A DNA stretch of 64,000 nt from contig JAZDNF010000006.1 of NCBI GenBank assembly GCA_043800255.1, positions 3,901-67,900 of the forward strand, read 5' to 3'. The notes below the pieces were generated by a model. The model did no database searches. It had not been told where the DNA came from and saw only the letters and a program-made list of their open reading frames with translations. The stretch is from Candidatus Altiarchaeota archaeon. Lineage in GTDB: Archaea; Altiarchaeota; Altiarchaeia; IMC4; SCGC-AAA252-I15. Made by a program: the position numbers and the translations under genes. Of this stretch, positions 28,097 through 37,219 are shown one piece after another (position 1 is the stretch's first letter; each line of letters opens with the position of its first letter).

Positions 28097-28960
28097 TCAC
28101 TGTTTCTGTCCTCTTTTCCTGACTATTCTTTTCAGTTTTTCTGGAATTTGAAGGTAGTTTTCAGATGTTATTACGCTTCTTCCGCTCTCGTACTCTAGTT
28201 TTTTTCTTGCGTCGCCGGCTATGGTGCCCCCTCGTCTGGCCACTGTTTTGTTTTGGATAAATCCTCTTGCATCCCTTTTACGGGCTATCTCCGTCGTTGC
28301 CGCCTCTCCGAGCATGGTGAATATCAGCTCCAGGTCGGTCATATGGTCCCGCAGGTTCTCGCGCTTTAGGCCCTTGTATTTCAGGTATTGACTGGGGGTC
28401 ATGCCGAAGGTGGCGTCCGATATCTCAGCCGTCAATATGGCGAATTCTGTGTCTTGTTTAACTCCCCTCTTGTTCCATTCTCCGGTAAGTTCGTCTCTTA
28501 CGGCGATACCTCTCACTCTTTTCTCAATCCAGTCCTCAGAGTAGCCTTTTGCTTGGTAAATCCCTCGCATCCGTCCCATAGCCAGTTCAGGATTCCCTAT
28601 CTCCTGCACTCTCTCGTAGCCGACTTTCGCAAGCCATCTCTTGAAAGGTTCTGCTTTCTTGGAGGGGATAGATTGTATTATCCTGAACATAGACTCTGTG
28701 TTGGCGCAGTCTGTTAGGTATTTTTTGCCGTCTGGTGCGGACAGTTTCAGTTGTACCCAAATTGGGGACAACTGAAGTTGTGCGAATTCCCTCTCTTTGA
28801 CCTTCCCCCAATACTGGCGGGGTGTCGGGCTGTCAGTCAAAACCTGGACGACGTCCACGACCGAGAAATACCATTCCTTATCATGCCAGACCCTACGAAT
28901 CTGTTTGCCCTGAAAAACGACCAACGAATTATCCTCATCCATACCAACCACAAACAACAA
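28097..28960 (-). CDS. Bro-N domain protein (phage antirepressor / DinD-like family).
   Basis: 287 aa. N-terminal VVFQGKQIRRVWHDKEWYFSVVDVVQVLTDS fits the Bro-N pattern. Island context. Confidence 0.65.
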   Translation of the reverse strand: MLFVVGMDEDNSLVVFQGKQIRRVWHDKEWYFSVVDVVQVLTDSPTPRQYWGKVKEREFAQLQLSPIWVQLKLSAPDGKKYLTDCANTESMFRIIQSIPSKKAEPFKRWLAKVGYERVQEIGNPELAMGRMRGIYQAKGYSEDWIEKRVRGIAVRDELTGEWNKRGVKQDTEFAILTAEISDATFGMTPSQYLKYKGLKRENLRDHMTDLELIFTMLGEAATTEIARKRDARGFIQNKTVARRGGTIAGDARKKLEYESGRSVITSENYLQIPEKLKRIVRKRGQKQ

Positions 28961-29014
28961 TACATATTAACTCTAGAAAGCCCTTAAAAACACCGCGAGC
29001 AACGGAAAAATAGA

Positions 29015-29713
29015 TCATGCTCCCACCTCTACGATTTTAGCCCCCGTAATCCTCGAAAGTTGGTTCGCAAGAGTTTTATTCTTCACGTAAATCATTGGTG
29101 GGTACAGTTCTTCTGAGGATACTCCATCTATTGAAGATGGCCTACAAACAAATAGTAATGTGTCAATGTCTGAATTTCTGAATAGAGTCTTTGAAACGAT
29201 ATCCTTGTTTGAGATAAAAGAATAAAACCTTTTTAGTGTGGCTATTATGCAATCATAAAAGATGACACCCCATAATTGGTTATCCGAATCTTTTCCCCTC
29301 CGTTTAGAGTTGATATGTTTGATGCACCTATTTATTTTAGAGAGGGCTTCTTTTTCGTTTTTTGGCAGGTTCAATGGTAACGACGAACTATGAACGTTCC
29401 TCTTAAGAGACGTATTGATTGAAGTAATCTCAACATCTACTCCTTTGTCTTTAATTTCATAATCCGGGACTTTATTAGACTTGTTCTCTTGAATCCGAGT
29501 TAAATCTCCTAATGGACTTAGTACCTTCTTAACATAGCGTTCGAGTTGCGGCGTAACCACATTTGTTCTGATAAAATCTTGATACGAGATAATACCATTG
29601 CTCGACACATTCTTACCATCCATACAGGGCCCATAGTATATTTTCATCAGGCCTTCAATATCCTGTGGAGGGTCATAACTCGCCTTATCCATGATTCTCC
29701 TCAACAATCCCAA
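29015..29713 (-). CDS. Hypothetical protein (232 aa), island-encoded.
   Basis: Complete AT-rich ORF with no motif recognised. Confidence 0.45.
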   Translation of the reverse strand: MGLLRRIMDKASYDPPQDIEGLMKIYYGPCMDGKNVSSNGIISYQDFIRTNVVTPQLERYVKKVLSPLGDLTRIQENKSNKVPDYEIKDKGVDVEITSINTSLKRNVHSSSLPLNLPKNEKEALSKINRCIKHINSKRRGKDSDNQLWGVIFYDCIIATLKRFYSFISNKDIVSKTLFRNSDIDTLLFVCRPSSIDGVSSEELYPPMIYVKNKTLANQLSRITGAKIVEVGA

Positions 29714-29771
29714 TCTCTCCGTCTAACTTCTTTTCGTACCAATCAAGAGGAAATATGTGGAACATAATGTT

Positions 29772-30659
29772 TTATGTACTATCTGTTTGTTTTTGAGAAT
29801 TGATTTCATCGATCAACATTTTTTCGAATGAGAGGTGAAACTCTAATGTTCGGGAAAATGTTTTGTCCATCCAATCTAACGTTTTTACAGAAGTATACTC
29901 ATCACCTTTTCTCAGAAAAGGTTTATTCGGAATCCTATGACACCATGTTTTTTCAGCAGGATTGCCAGTAATTGAAAATATCGTTTCTGAATGAGAATGA
30001 AAAGACATTCGTTTTCTTCCATGAGCCACATAACGTCTAAGCTCATTTAGTTTGGGTGTACTGAGTATCTCGATTATGTCACCATACTCTTTTTGCGTCC
30101 GTGAATATTTTTGTAGTTCTTTTTCATAGTCCGTGACTGGCTTCTGAGGCGTAAAAATCCAGTTATAAGATTCTACCAGAAGGTACTCTTCGAAGGAGGG
30201 AGCTATCTGCGTTGTCCCTTTGTTTTTTAGTTGCTTAAATAGATTACCAAAACCAAATTCAGGGTCGTACTTCCTGCGGAGGGTTATCCTAAATAATTTT
30301 GCTAATGAATCTAAACTGCCGCGTAGGGATAAAATAAAAGCATCAAGTTCAAACTCCAGAAGAACGTGGAACTTGGATTTCTCAGTTATTTTTTCATCTG
30401 AAGAATATGCCATGGAGTAAACTGAATGCATCTTCTGAAAAAGAAAATAGTGAAAACATGCACTTTCAAGAGAATGTGAAAGGCCAGATATTAGTTCCTC
30501 GAATAGGTGTTTATCGTCTGCAAGGATGCTCTTCTCAAGTTCTTTATCTAAATGTTTACTTCTTTCGAAAAAATCACCGAATTTTCCATTAAAAAAAGAT
30601 AAAAACTCTTTCTCAGAAAAATCAAGATTCAATCCATTATCCTGTTCCATCTTCGACAA
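29772..30659 (-). CDS. Hypothetical protein (295 aa). It lies directly downstream of, and overlaps by 23 nt, the Type IIG R-M gene.
   Basis: Complete ORF. The overlap suggests translational coupling with the upstream R-M gene. Confidence 0.45.
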   Translation of the reverse strand: MSKMEQDNGLNLDFSEKEFLSFFNGKFGDFFERSKHLDKELEKSILADDKHLFEELISGLSHSLESACFHYFLFQKMHSVYSMAYSSDEKITEKSKFHVLLEFELDAFILSLRGSLDSLAKLFRITLRRKYDPEFGFGNLFKQLKNKGTTQIAPSFEEYLLVESYNWIFTPQKPVTDYEKELQKYSRTQKEYGDIIEILSTPKLNELRRYVAHGRKRMSFHSHSETIFSITGNPAEKTWCHRIPNKPFLRKGDEYTSVKTLDWMDKTFSRTLEFHLSFEKMLIDEINSQKQTDST

Positions 30660-33606
30660 TTTTTATTTCGTCTTCCGTTAGGCCATATAGCTTATACACG
30701 AGCGAGTTTATCTCATTATCTGTGGCCTCAATCTGCCGCTCCAAAACAGACCTCTCCTGAGGAGTTTTAACACCAGCCAAATGATTATGCAAACCCAACA
30801 TACGAGAAACCAAAGAAACAACATCATCATGCTGTTTCTTCTCAAGAGGATTTGAAAAGTCTATTCGTCTTATTGAGATTTTTGATATGCTATTCCAGAA
30901 ATATTCGTATATCCCTCCACTTTTTAATTTTCCTATGCTCTTGAATCTGTATGTTAAAAGTTTTGAATTCAACAAACCTAGTAAGTATAGCAGATCTTCT
31001 GGTTGATTGTTTTCGAATAATACAGTCGTATCTGTTAAGCCTATAAATTCATTAGCATAATCTATTGCAAAACGATTATATTTTGCAAGATATGGGCACA
31101 TTATTTTTTTTCTGTCATAATGTTCTTTATGGAGGGGCCATGTATACTTCCACCATTCACAGTCCCCACGTTTGTATGCTGCTCGTGCTTTTAATTCACT
31201 TGAATTTTCAAGGAGATGTTTTTGAACAGCATTGGGAAGATTATCAAATTTAATAACATCTTCTAAATATAACAAATAGTCTCCTCGATCTTTAATGAAG
31301 AATCGTTGGATATCTGAGTTTGATGCCCGGTTATAATAGTTTCCCTTTTTTACACCCCAACTAATTATCTTATCTGACGTTATTTTTCCAAAAACATTAT
31401 TCCTACCCGTTTGCATACCTTGACCAATAATAAGGATTTGCCCTAATTTCTCTCCCTCGTTATCGATTTTCTCGTTCAATAATGCGTTGTCCTCTGAAAC
31501 GAAAGACCATGGCTCTGAAGTTAAGTTAGATTGTCCTATTCTTATCTTTTGAAAAATAGAAAAATTCTGAATTTGTCTACTTAAATTTGATGTTAGTAGT
31601 TCATCTCCTAACAATTTGTATACATCGATCTTTCCATTTTTCGAGCTTGATTGTAGGTTGATTATACAGGTTGTAATACCTACTCGGGGGAATATAGGGT
31701 AATTCTGAAAATCAATTATCTCAGAAATTCTTGAATTTTCAAGGATATAACCCCTCAATTTATCTGCTTTGTATGCTTCAAGGAATGCTCTTGAAACAAT
31801 AAAGCTGATATAATCTTGAGACAGCTGTAGTGCTTTTCCAATAAAGTAGAAAAGTATATCCGTTTTATCATTGTAGATTTCAGGATAACCCTTTTTTATG
31901 GCTTTCAATCTAGGGTCTTTTTTACCCCACGTATCATCAATGTTCAAATACGGCGGATTCCCTATCACTGCATCAAACTTGAAGGGGAATTCTTTTTTCC
32001 AGTTGAATGTGTTTATCCGGAGCGTTTCTTCTTCGGTGAATATTTTGGTCTGGCCTGTGTAGAAGTCGGGGCCGATGAGGCTGTTCCCGCATTTGATGTT
32101 ATTGTCCAGGTCGGGCAGTACGCGGCCTCCGAGGCGTTTCTGGGGTTCCCTGTGCTCGTCCTCCAAGACTTTCAAAAGTAGATTAAGCTTTGCGACCTCG
32201 ACGGCCTGCTCGTCAATATCAACACCGTATATGTTGTTCAAGAGTATCCGTTTCTTCTCGCCCAATGTCAGATACCATTGTCCGCCTTTGCCCTGATAGA
32301 CGGCATCCTTGTTTTTGCCGGGATCGTGACTTACGTACCAGTCCCTATGATAATCTAAAAGCTTCTGATACGCTCCAATCAAAAACGAACCTGAACCGCA
32401 CGCTGGGTCGAGAACTTTCAGTTTCTCAACCTGCTTGGGAGATTTGCCCTCAATAAGCCTTCCGACAGTATTTTGAACGATATAGTCTACGATGTATTTT
32501 GGCGTGTAATAGACGCCGCCGGCCTTCTTCACCTCTGGCTTTTCCTCGACTTTGGCGCGATGGCCTTCGGTAAGGCGTATTACTTTCCCTAGGAACTGCT
32601 CGTAGACGTTGCCGAGGATGTCAGCCCCGATGACTGAGAACTCATAAGGGCAATTCGGGTAATACAGGTTCTTGATCATGTCCCTGAAGACTTTATCATC
32701 AATCTTCAGGTTCGGGCAGACGTAATCCGGGAAAGACGTCCGTCCCTTTTCCTCTTTGAAATAGAATATCCCAGAATTGTATTTCTCATCAGCTTTTTCG
32801 AAAAGCCTCAGCAAATGGGTGTAAATGTCCTCCTTCTCCGATATCTCCTGAAGCTGTTCGTATGGTTCTATCCCCCGATCCTCGCATATTCTCAAGAATA
32901 TTATCCGGTCTATGGTCTTCTGGACTGCATAATTTATCTCACGAACAGAGTATTTTGGATTCCTCAATGCGATGTTCTTTGCCAGCTCATCCCTCCACCT
33001 CTCAATCTCCTTCAGGAATTCGTCATCCACCTCGGATGTGCCTTTTTTGCCCTTGACAGATTCAGCATACTGGTCGAACAAGCCGTGCTCTATCGAAGTC
33101 TTGGCGAAAATATTTGCTATCTCATCCCAACGGGTCGCATACTCGTCATAGCGTACGTACAATATCCTCCCAACACTGGCAGAGTCGTTTGGCAAGGGTT
33201 TCTTACGGCAATCATATACTGCAAACTCTTCGAAATCGGTTAGAACAGCGAGAGGCAGTTTCGCGCTCCAGGAATATCTCCGAATCTGATATGCCGGGCT
33301 GACATCGCCCTTGATGTTCACAGAAGGCTTTTTAGTCTCGAGGAAAAATTTTCGTGTCCCGCCGATACGGAAAGAATAATCCGGAGCCTTGATGTTCTGA
33401 CCTATTCTAATCGCATCCTCGTGGATCACATCCTTGTAGGCTTCAGCGATTCCCTTAACATTACGAACATCCCAACCCAATTCCTCAAAAAAGGGATTGA
33501 TGAATTCCTCCCTCAATTGAGTTTCATTATAAGCAGCGCTCAAATATGATTTCTTGTTCCACTCAAATCTCTCAACCAACTCAACAATCTTCTCCGGCGC
33601 AGCCAT
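30637..33606 (-). CDS. Type IIG restriction-modification enzyme: fused endonuclease, gamma-class N6-adenine DNA methyltransferase and target-recognition domain (Eco57I/MmeI-like).
   Basis: 989 aa. The N-terminus has a restriction-enzyme-like motif (...ETQLREEFINPFFEELGWDV...). MTase motif I is LDPACGSGSFL and motif IV is VIGNPPYLNI. A long C-terminal TRD-like region follows. Confidence 0.85.
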   Translation of the reverse strand: MAAPEKIVELVERFEWNKKSYLSAAYNETQLREEFINPFFEELGWDVRNVKGIAEAYKDVIHEDAIRIGQNIKAPDYSFRIGGTRKFFLETKKPSVNIKGDVSPAYQIRRYSWSAKLPLAVLTDFEEFAVYDCRKKPLPNDSASVGRILYVRYDEYATRWDEIANIFAKTSIEHGLFDQYAESVKGKKGTSEVDDEFLKEIERWRDELAKNIALRNPKYSVREINYAVQKTIDRIIFLRICEDRGIEPYEQLQEISEKEDIYTHLLRLFEKADEKYNSGIFYFKEEKGRTSFPDYVCPNLKIDDKVFRDMIKNLYYPNCPYEFSVIGADILGNVYEQFLGKVIRLTEGHRAKVEEKPEVKKAGGVYYTPKYIVDYIVQNTVGRLIEGKSPKQVEKLKVLDPACGSGSFLIGAYQKLLDYHRDWYVSHDPGKNKDAVYQGKGGQWYLTLGEKKRILLNNIYGVDIDEQAVEVAKLNLLLKVLEDEHREPQKRLGGRVLPDLDNNIKCGNSLIGPDFYTGQTKIFTEEETLRINTFNWKKEFPFKFDAVIGNPPYLNIDDTWGKKDPRLKAIKKGYPEIYNDKTDILFYFIGKALQLSQDYISFIVSRAFLEAYKADKLRGYILENSRISEIIDFQNYPIFPRVGITTCIINLQSSSKNGKIDVYKLLGDELLTSNLSRQIQNFSIFQKIRIGQSNLTSEPWSFVSEDNALLNEKIDNEGEKLGQILIIGQGMQTGRNNVFGKITSDKIISWGVKKGNYYNRASNSDIQRFFIKDRGDYLLYLEDVIKFDNLPNAVQKHLLENSSELKARAAYKRGDCEWWKYTWPLHKEHYDRKKIMCPYLAKYNRFAIDYANEFIGLTDTTVLFENNQPEDLLYLLGLLNSKLLTYRFKSIGKLKSGGIYEYFWNSISKISIRRIDFSNPLEKKQHDDVVSLVSRMLGLHNHLAGVKTPQERSVLERQIEATDNEINSLVYKLYGLTEDEIKIVEDGTG

Positions 33607-33681
33607 CTCTACAAGTTATTATCGAATAACAAGATTAAATCGTTAATAGTCCTGATTTTCCAATCTACTCCGTTTCCTATT

Positions 33682-34899
33682 TTATTCGTCGTCTTTGATT
33701 TTGCTGAGGGTTAAGCGTGTGGTTTCTTCGGGGGTGGCGTATTTTCTGAGGATTTCCTCCAGTTCCTGGGGGAATTCGTGCTTTTCAAGTTTTCCGGCCA
33801 GTCCCATTATGTTTAGGGTGCTTACGTCATCCCAGAAGCCGTCTTTTTTCAGTATCTCCTCTAGTTTCTGCCTTTCCTTTGTGTTCGCGGCGGGAAATTT
33901 GAGAGCCTCTTTCACTGCAACGCGCACCCGCTTATCGGAGCCGTAGATGTACTCTACCCCCTCCTTTTTAGCGTATGCTACTAAGGCTTCAGCAAGCTGA
34001 GCATACTCCTCCTCAAACCAGGCCTTGAACTCCTGCTCCCTGACCTTCAGTTCGGCGTACTTGTTGGCTAAGACGACCCCCTCCTCAGCCATGTATTTGT
34101 TTAACGGCAGCTGCCGGGTTTTAACTTGATGTTTCTTGATTTTGCAATACTCTTGGAAGGCACACCAGGCACATAGACCGGATTCTATGGCGGGGAAATT
34201 GTCGTCGGTGGTCGCCTGTTCTATGCTTTGTATGATACCTAAAAATTCTGTTTTAAGGTCTTCCAGGTGCTGGCTCGTCCGTTTGGATCTGAGTTCCTTG
34301 TCGAATACTAGGTAATGCCATACTAAGTCAACTTCCTCTACATCGTCCCACATCTGGCGAATGCCTATCTCGTAGAGGGCTAGTTGTTGATCCCTGTTCT
34401 TCTTATCCTGGGTTGGAAGATGTTGGCTTGTCTTGTAATCGTGTATTTCATAAATTCCATCACCGACAGTATCCAGGCGGTCTATGTAGCCGATAAAATT
34501 ATACTGGTTATCGCCTAGCAGGTCTACGGTAACCATCATCTCAGTTTCGAGGGTCTTCCCTTTCTCAAAGGGTTTATAGCGGTTATAGTAGTCCACCAGA
34601 CACTTTTCGCCGACAATCCGGTAATGCTCTTGTGTCAAACCCTCCTTGTTGACGACGACGTCAGGGTTTATGTATCTCACCCAGGAGTCGTTATAACCTC
34701 CTAAAAGTTCGTCAACAGAAGCGATTTTCCCGTGATTGCGATCTATATAGAACTTCTCCAAAGCCTCATGAACCCGCTTGCCCATGAAAGCCTCAATACC
34801 CTCAAAAGCCTCGACGTCCAGCTTATCGATATACTGAAACTTAAATGCCAGAGGACAATTCTCGAAACATTGTAGACGAGAATACGAGTACCTCATCAT
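33682..34899 (-). CDS. PD-(D/E)XK RecB-family / Cas4-like nuclease with a Cys cluster.
   Basis: 405 aa. The N-terminal YSYSRLQCFENCPLAFKFQYI matches the Cas4/RecB-nuclease N-terminal motif. The later CAWCAFQEYC provides three more Cys, giving a 4Cys Fe-S-like arrangement. Confidence 0.7.
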   Translation of the reverse strand: MMRYSYSRLQCFENCPLAFKFQYIDKLDVEAFEGIEAFMGKRVHEALEKFYIDRNHGKIASVDELLGGYNDSWVRYINPDVVVNKEGLTQEHYRIVGEKCLVDYYNRYKPFEKGKTLETEMMVTVDLLGDNQYNFIGYIDRLDTVGDGIYEIHDYKTSQHLPTQDKKNRDQQLALYEIGIRQMWDDVEEVDLVWHYLVFDKELRSKRTSQHLEDLKTEFLGIIQSIEQATTDDNFPAIESGLCAWCAFQEYCKIKKHQVKTRQLPLNKYMAEEGVVLANKYAELKVREQEFKAWFEEEYAQLAEALVAYAKKEGVEYIYGSDKRVRVAVKEALKFPAANTKERQKLEEILKKDGFWDDVSTLNIMGLAGKLEKHEFPQELEEILRKYATPEETTRLTLSKIKDDE

Positions 34900-34980
34900 A
34901 TAGAATAGTGGATTATTTAGTTAAAGGTGGGGGGAGCATTGGAAAAATAGTCTAACCAATACAAGCCCCTATGTTTAGAT

Positions 34981-35100
34981 TAGTTGATGCATTGTGAACA
35001 GGTGATGCATAGTGTATCAACTAAGCCCTAGTTAGGATATCAATCAGGTGATATTGGTTCCTGTCTTAGGGAGTGATAAGAATCAGCTACTTCACAGGCG
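34981..35100. repeat. ~110-bp element A. It has a perfect 8-bp inverted repeat (tagttgat...atcaacta, 27-nt loop) followed by the conserved 27-mer agtgatAagaatcagctactTcacAggc.
   Basis: Homologous with indels to element B at 37681-37790. The 27-mer is a 24/27 match. Intergenic. Confidence 0.6.
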
Positions 35101-35169
35101 CTTGGAATGGGAGAAGTGGGCTTGGGAGCGTGATGGTGTGCCTGCTCGCGTACCCGTCCAATGAATCAT

Positions 35170-36276
35170 CTATTTGTTTTCAGCTACTTTTATCCAGCGG
35201 TCCAGGTAGTCAATTTTTATGACTTGTTGAAGTTTTTTGTTTTTGACCAGCACTTGTTTTAAATCTCCGATCAGGTCTGCTTTTTTATTGTATTCCTTAA
35301 CCTCTTTTGAGCGTGCGGCAAGGTAATGGTTTATCTGGGCTTCTCTTTCGTCTTGATTATTGCAGTATCCGCAGTCGCATTTCATAAGCTCTGGTGCATT
35401 CTTTTTTATGTAGTCAAGTTCTGAGCCTGAAAACCTATTCTTCAATCCTGGGACGTAGAAGCGCGAGTATTGTCTCTGGCCGAAGCCGGGAGATGCGCGT
35501 CTTAGTCTGTCTCCTGAGTCTGCACCGTGAACAATGGCGTGTATGTTGACGTTTGGTAATAAGAGGTCGAAGAAACTGCTATATGTTGAGATTATCGGCT
35601 TACCTGTCTGGGATAACCCGTTTAGTATGTCTTTGTATCCGCTTAGGTATTCCGTTGATGCGGAGTAGACATCGAATTCTATTGCGGAAAAGCAGAAGCC
35701 GTCGGCGTCTGATTTGGCGTAGGCATTGCATATTTGGGCTGCTGCTCTTTTATTGATGAGTAAGTCTATGGTCAAAGCCAAGCCAGCATATACTTTTTTC
35801 TTAGGATATAGTTCTTTTGCGTCTTTTATGAAATTGAGGTTATGCTGTTGTGCTGGGCAGTTTTCTTCGTCTATGAATCCATAAGGTGCTATGAGAAATT
35901 CCGGGTCCACTGTTTTAGTTACCTCATCTAGGGGGTCTTCGGATAGTGCCTCGTTAATCCTGTTCTCCTGGAAGGTAAGGAATTTTCTAACAAAATCTTT
36001 TCGTCGTTTCTTATCTGATGGTATCTGCCGTATTTCATCCTCCACATCCAGCTTTGACACGTACCTAGCATGTGACCTCTTGTCCGAAACAAGATCGTAT
36101 AAGTGGGGGTCTACGACGAAAGACTTGCCGGTTTTTAGAAGAATCTGGGAGAAAGCATTGTTGTAATACTCCAGGTTTGGGCTGTCAATTACGTAGCCGT
36201 CAAAGTGATCCTTTACTTTTTCTGTGAACTTTCCTTCTTGAGCATTGTATCTGACGTAAAACTTCATTTTTGCCAC
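35170..36276 (-). CDS. TGT-fold (tRNA-guanine transglycosylase / DpdA-like) protein lacking a PUA domain, 368 aa.
   Basis: ...IVHGADSGDRLRRASPGFGQ...ELMKCDCGYCNNQDEREAQINHYL. The CxCxxC...H spacing resembles the TGT/ArcTGT/DpdA zinc site, and DS..RRG resembles the TGT catalytic segment. This is pattern-level similarity only. Confidence 0.45.
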   Translation of the reverse strand: MAKMKFYVRYNAQEGKFTEKVKDHFDGYVIDSPNLEYYNNAFSQILLKTGKSFVVDPHLYDLVSDKRSHARYVSKLDVEDEIRQIPSDKKRRKDFVRKFLTFQENRINEALSEDPLDEVTKTVDPEFLIAPYGFIDEENCPAQQHNLNFIKDAKELYPKKKVYAGLALTIDLLINKRAAAQICNAYAKSDADGFCFSAIEFDVYSASTEYLSGYKDILNGLSQTGKPIISTYSSFFDLLLPNVNIHAIVHGADSGDRLRRASPGFGQRQYSRFYVPGLKNRFSGSELDYIKKNAPELMKCDCGYCNNQDEREAQINHYLAARSKEVKEYNKKADLIGDLKQVLVKNKKLQQVIKIDYLDRWIKVAENK

Positions 36277-36640
36277 GCTTCAAGGGTGACGATAGCCTTG
36301 ACTTGCTAATTACTTTACATTCGCCTTTTTTTATACTCAATATTCCGACTCCAAGCTCCCTGAAGGTGCCTACGTCGAGTCTGGCAGCCAGATTATGGGG
36401 TATTGCAACGTAATTGTAATGGCAGTATGATGTGTTCAAAGCTGCCTGCCTAAGTGCCCTACGCCAGTCTGAGACCTTAACTTCAACGGAGGTTAAACGC
36501 CCCGTAGACTTCCGTTTGAAGACCAGATCCATGCTTTTCCGGTAGCTTTTCTCCGGATGGGTTCTGACCTCCTCAAATGGCTCAAAACCGTCATCGAATG
36601 TGTCCAGAATAGGACCATAGAGGGAAAGCTCAGAGGCCAT
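36200..36640 (-). CDS. Small PD-(D/E)XK nuclease-fold protein (Hjc-like), 146 aa.
   Basis: ...SMDLVFKRKSTGRLTSVEVKVSD... resembles the Hjc D-x(n)-E-V-K catalytic motif (VDLVA...IEVKVTK). Its 3' end overlaps the TGT-like gene by ~77 nt. Confidence 0.5.
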   Translation of the reverse strand: MASELSLYGPILDTFDDGFEPFEEVRTHPEKSYRKSMDLVFKRKSTGRLTSVEVKVSDWRRALRQAALNTSYCHYNYVAIPHNLAARLDVGTFRELGVGILSIKKGECKVISKSRLSSPLKRGKNEVLRQIQCSRRKVHRKSKGSL

Positions 36641-36673
36641 TATCTTTAATTAATTGAGCCCCTAATTATTAAT

Positions 36674-37219
36674 ATGACCGTACAGAAGAATTTGAAGCCA
36701 ATCTTACTATTGTTCCTGCTCTCGAAGCTGAGCGAAAAGGGTGAGCGTAAGGTAGATAATCTGCGTTCCATGAAGCTCCTATTTCTGATACAAAAAGAGG
36801 GTGAAAAGCAGGTAGAAAAAGGATTCAACTTCGTACCATACAAATACGGCCCATATAGTGAAGACTACTTCGATACCTCAATATACCTGTCAGAGAAAGG
36901 TTTAATCGACGTGGAGACCGATGTTTCAGGAGACATCAAAGCAGTTAAAATCAAACCCGAGGGGAGTGAAAAAGTCGCAACCCTTCAAACGGCATATTCA
37001 GACATAGCATCGAGCGTCTCAAAGATAGTATCCGAATACGCAAACCTAAGCACCGACCTTCTGCTATTGTACATCTACTCGAAATATGCGGACTTCACCA
37101 TACGTTCCGAGATAAAGGACAAGATACTATCCATAGCAAAGGCCAACTTTAGCATATTACAGTCTAAGGCAAAACAATTCAACTTTTCCGAAGGAGAACT
37201 CAATTTAGTGGGGATTTAA
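36674..37219 (+). CDS. Panacea-domain (DUF4065 / SocA-like antitoxin) protein, 181 aa.
   Basis: ...MKLLFLIQKEG...FVPYKYGPYSEDYFD... fits the Panacea pattern. Directly precedes a PIN gene. Confidence 0.5.
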   Translation: MTVQKNLKPILLLFLLSKLSEKGERKVDNLRSMKLLFLIQKEGEKQVEKGFNFVPYKYGPYSEDYFDTSIYLSEKGLIDVETDVSGDIKAVKIKPEGSEKVATLQTAYSDIASSVSKIVSEYANLSTDLLLLYIYSKYADFTIRSEIKDKILSIAKANFSILQSKAKQFNFSEGELNLVGI

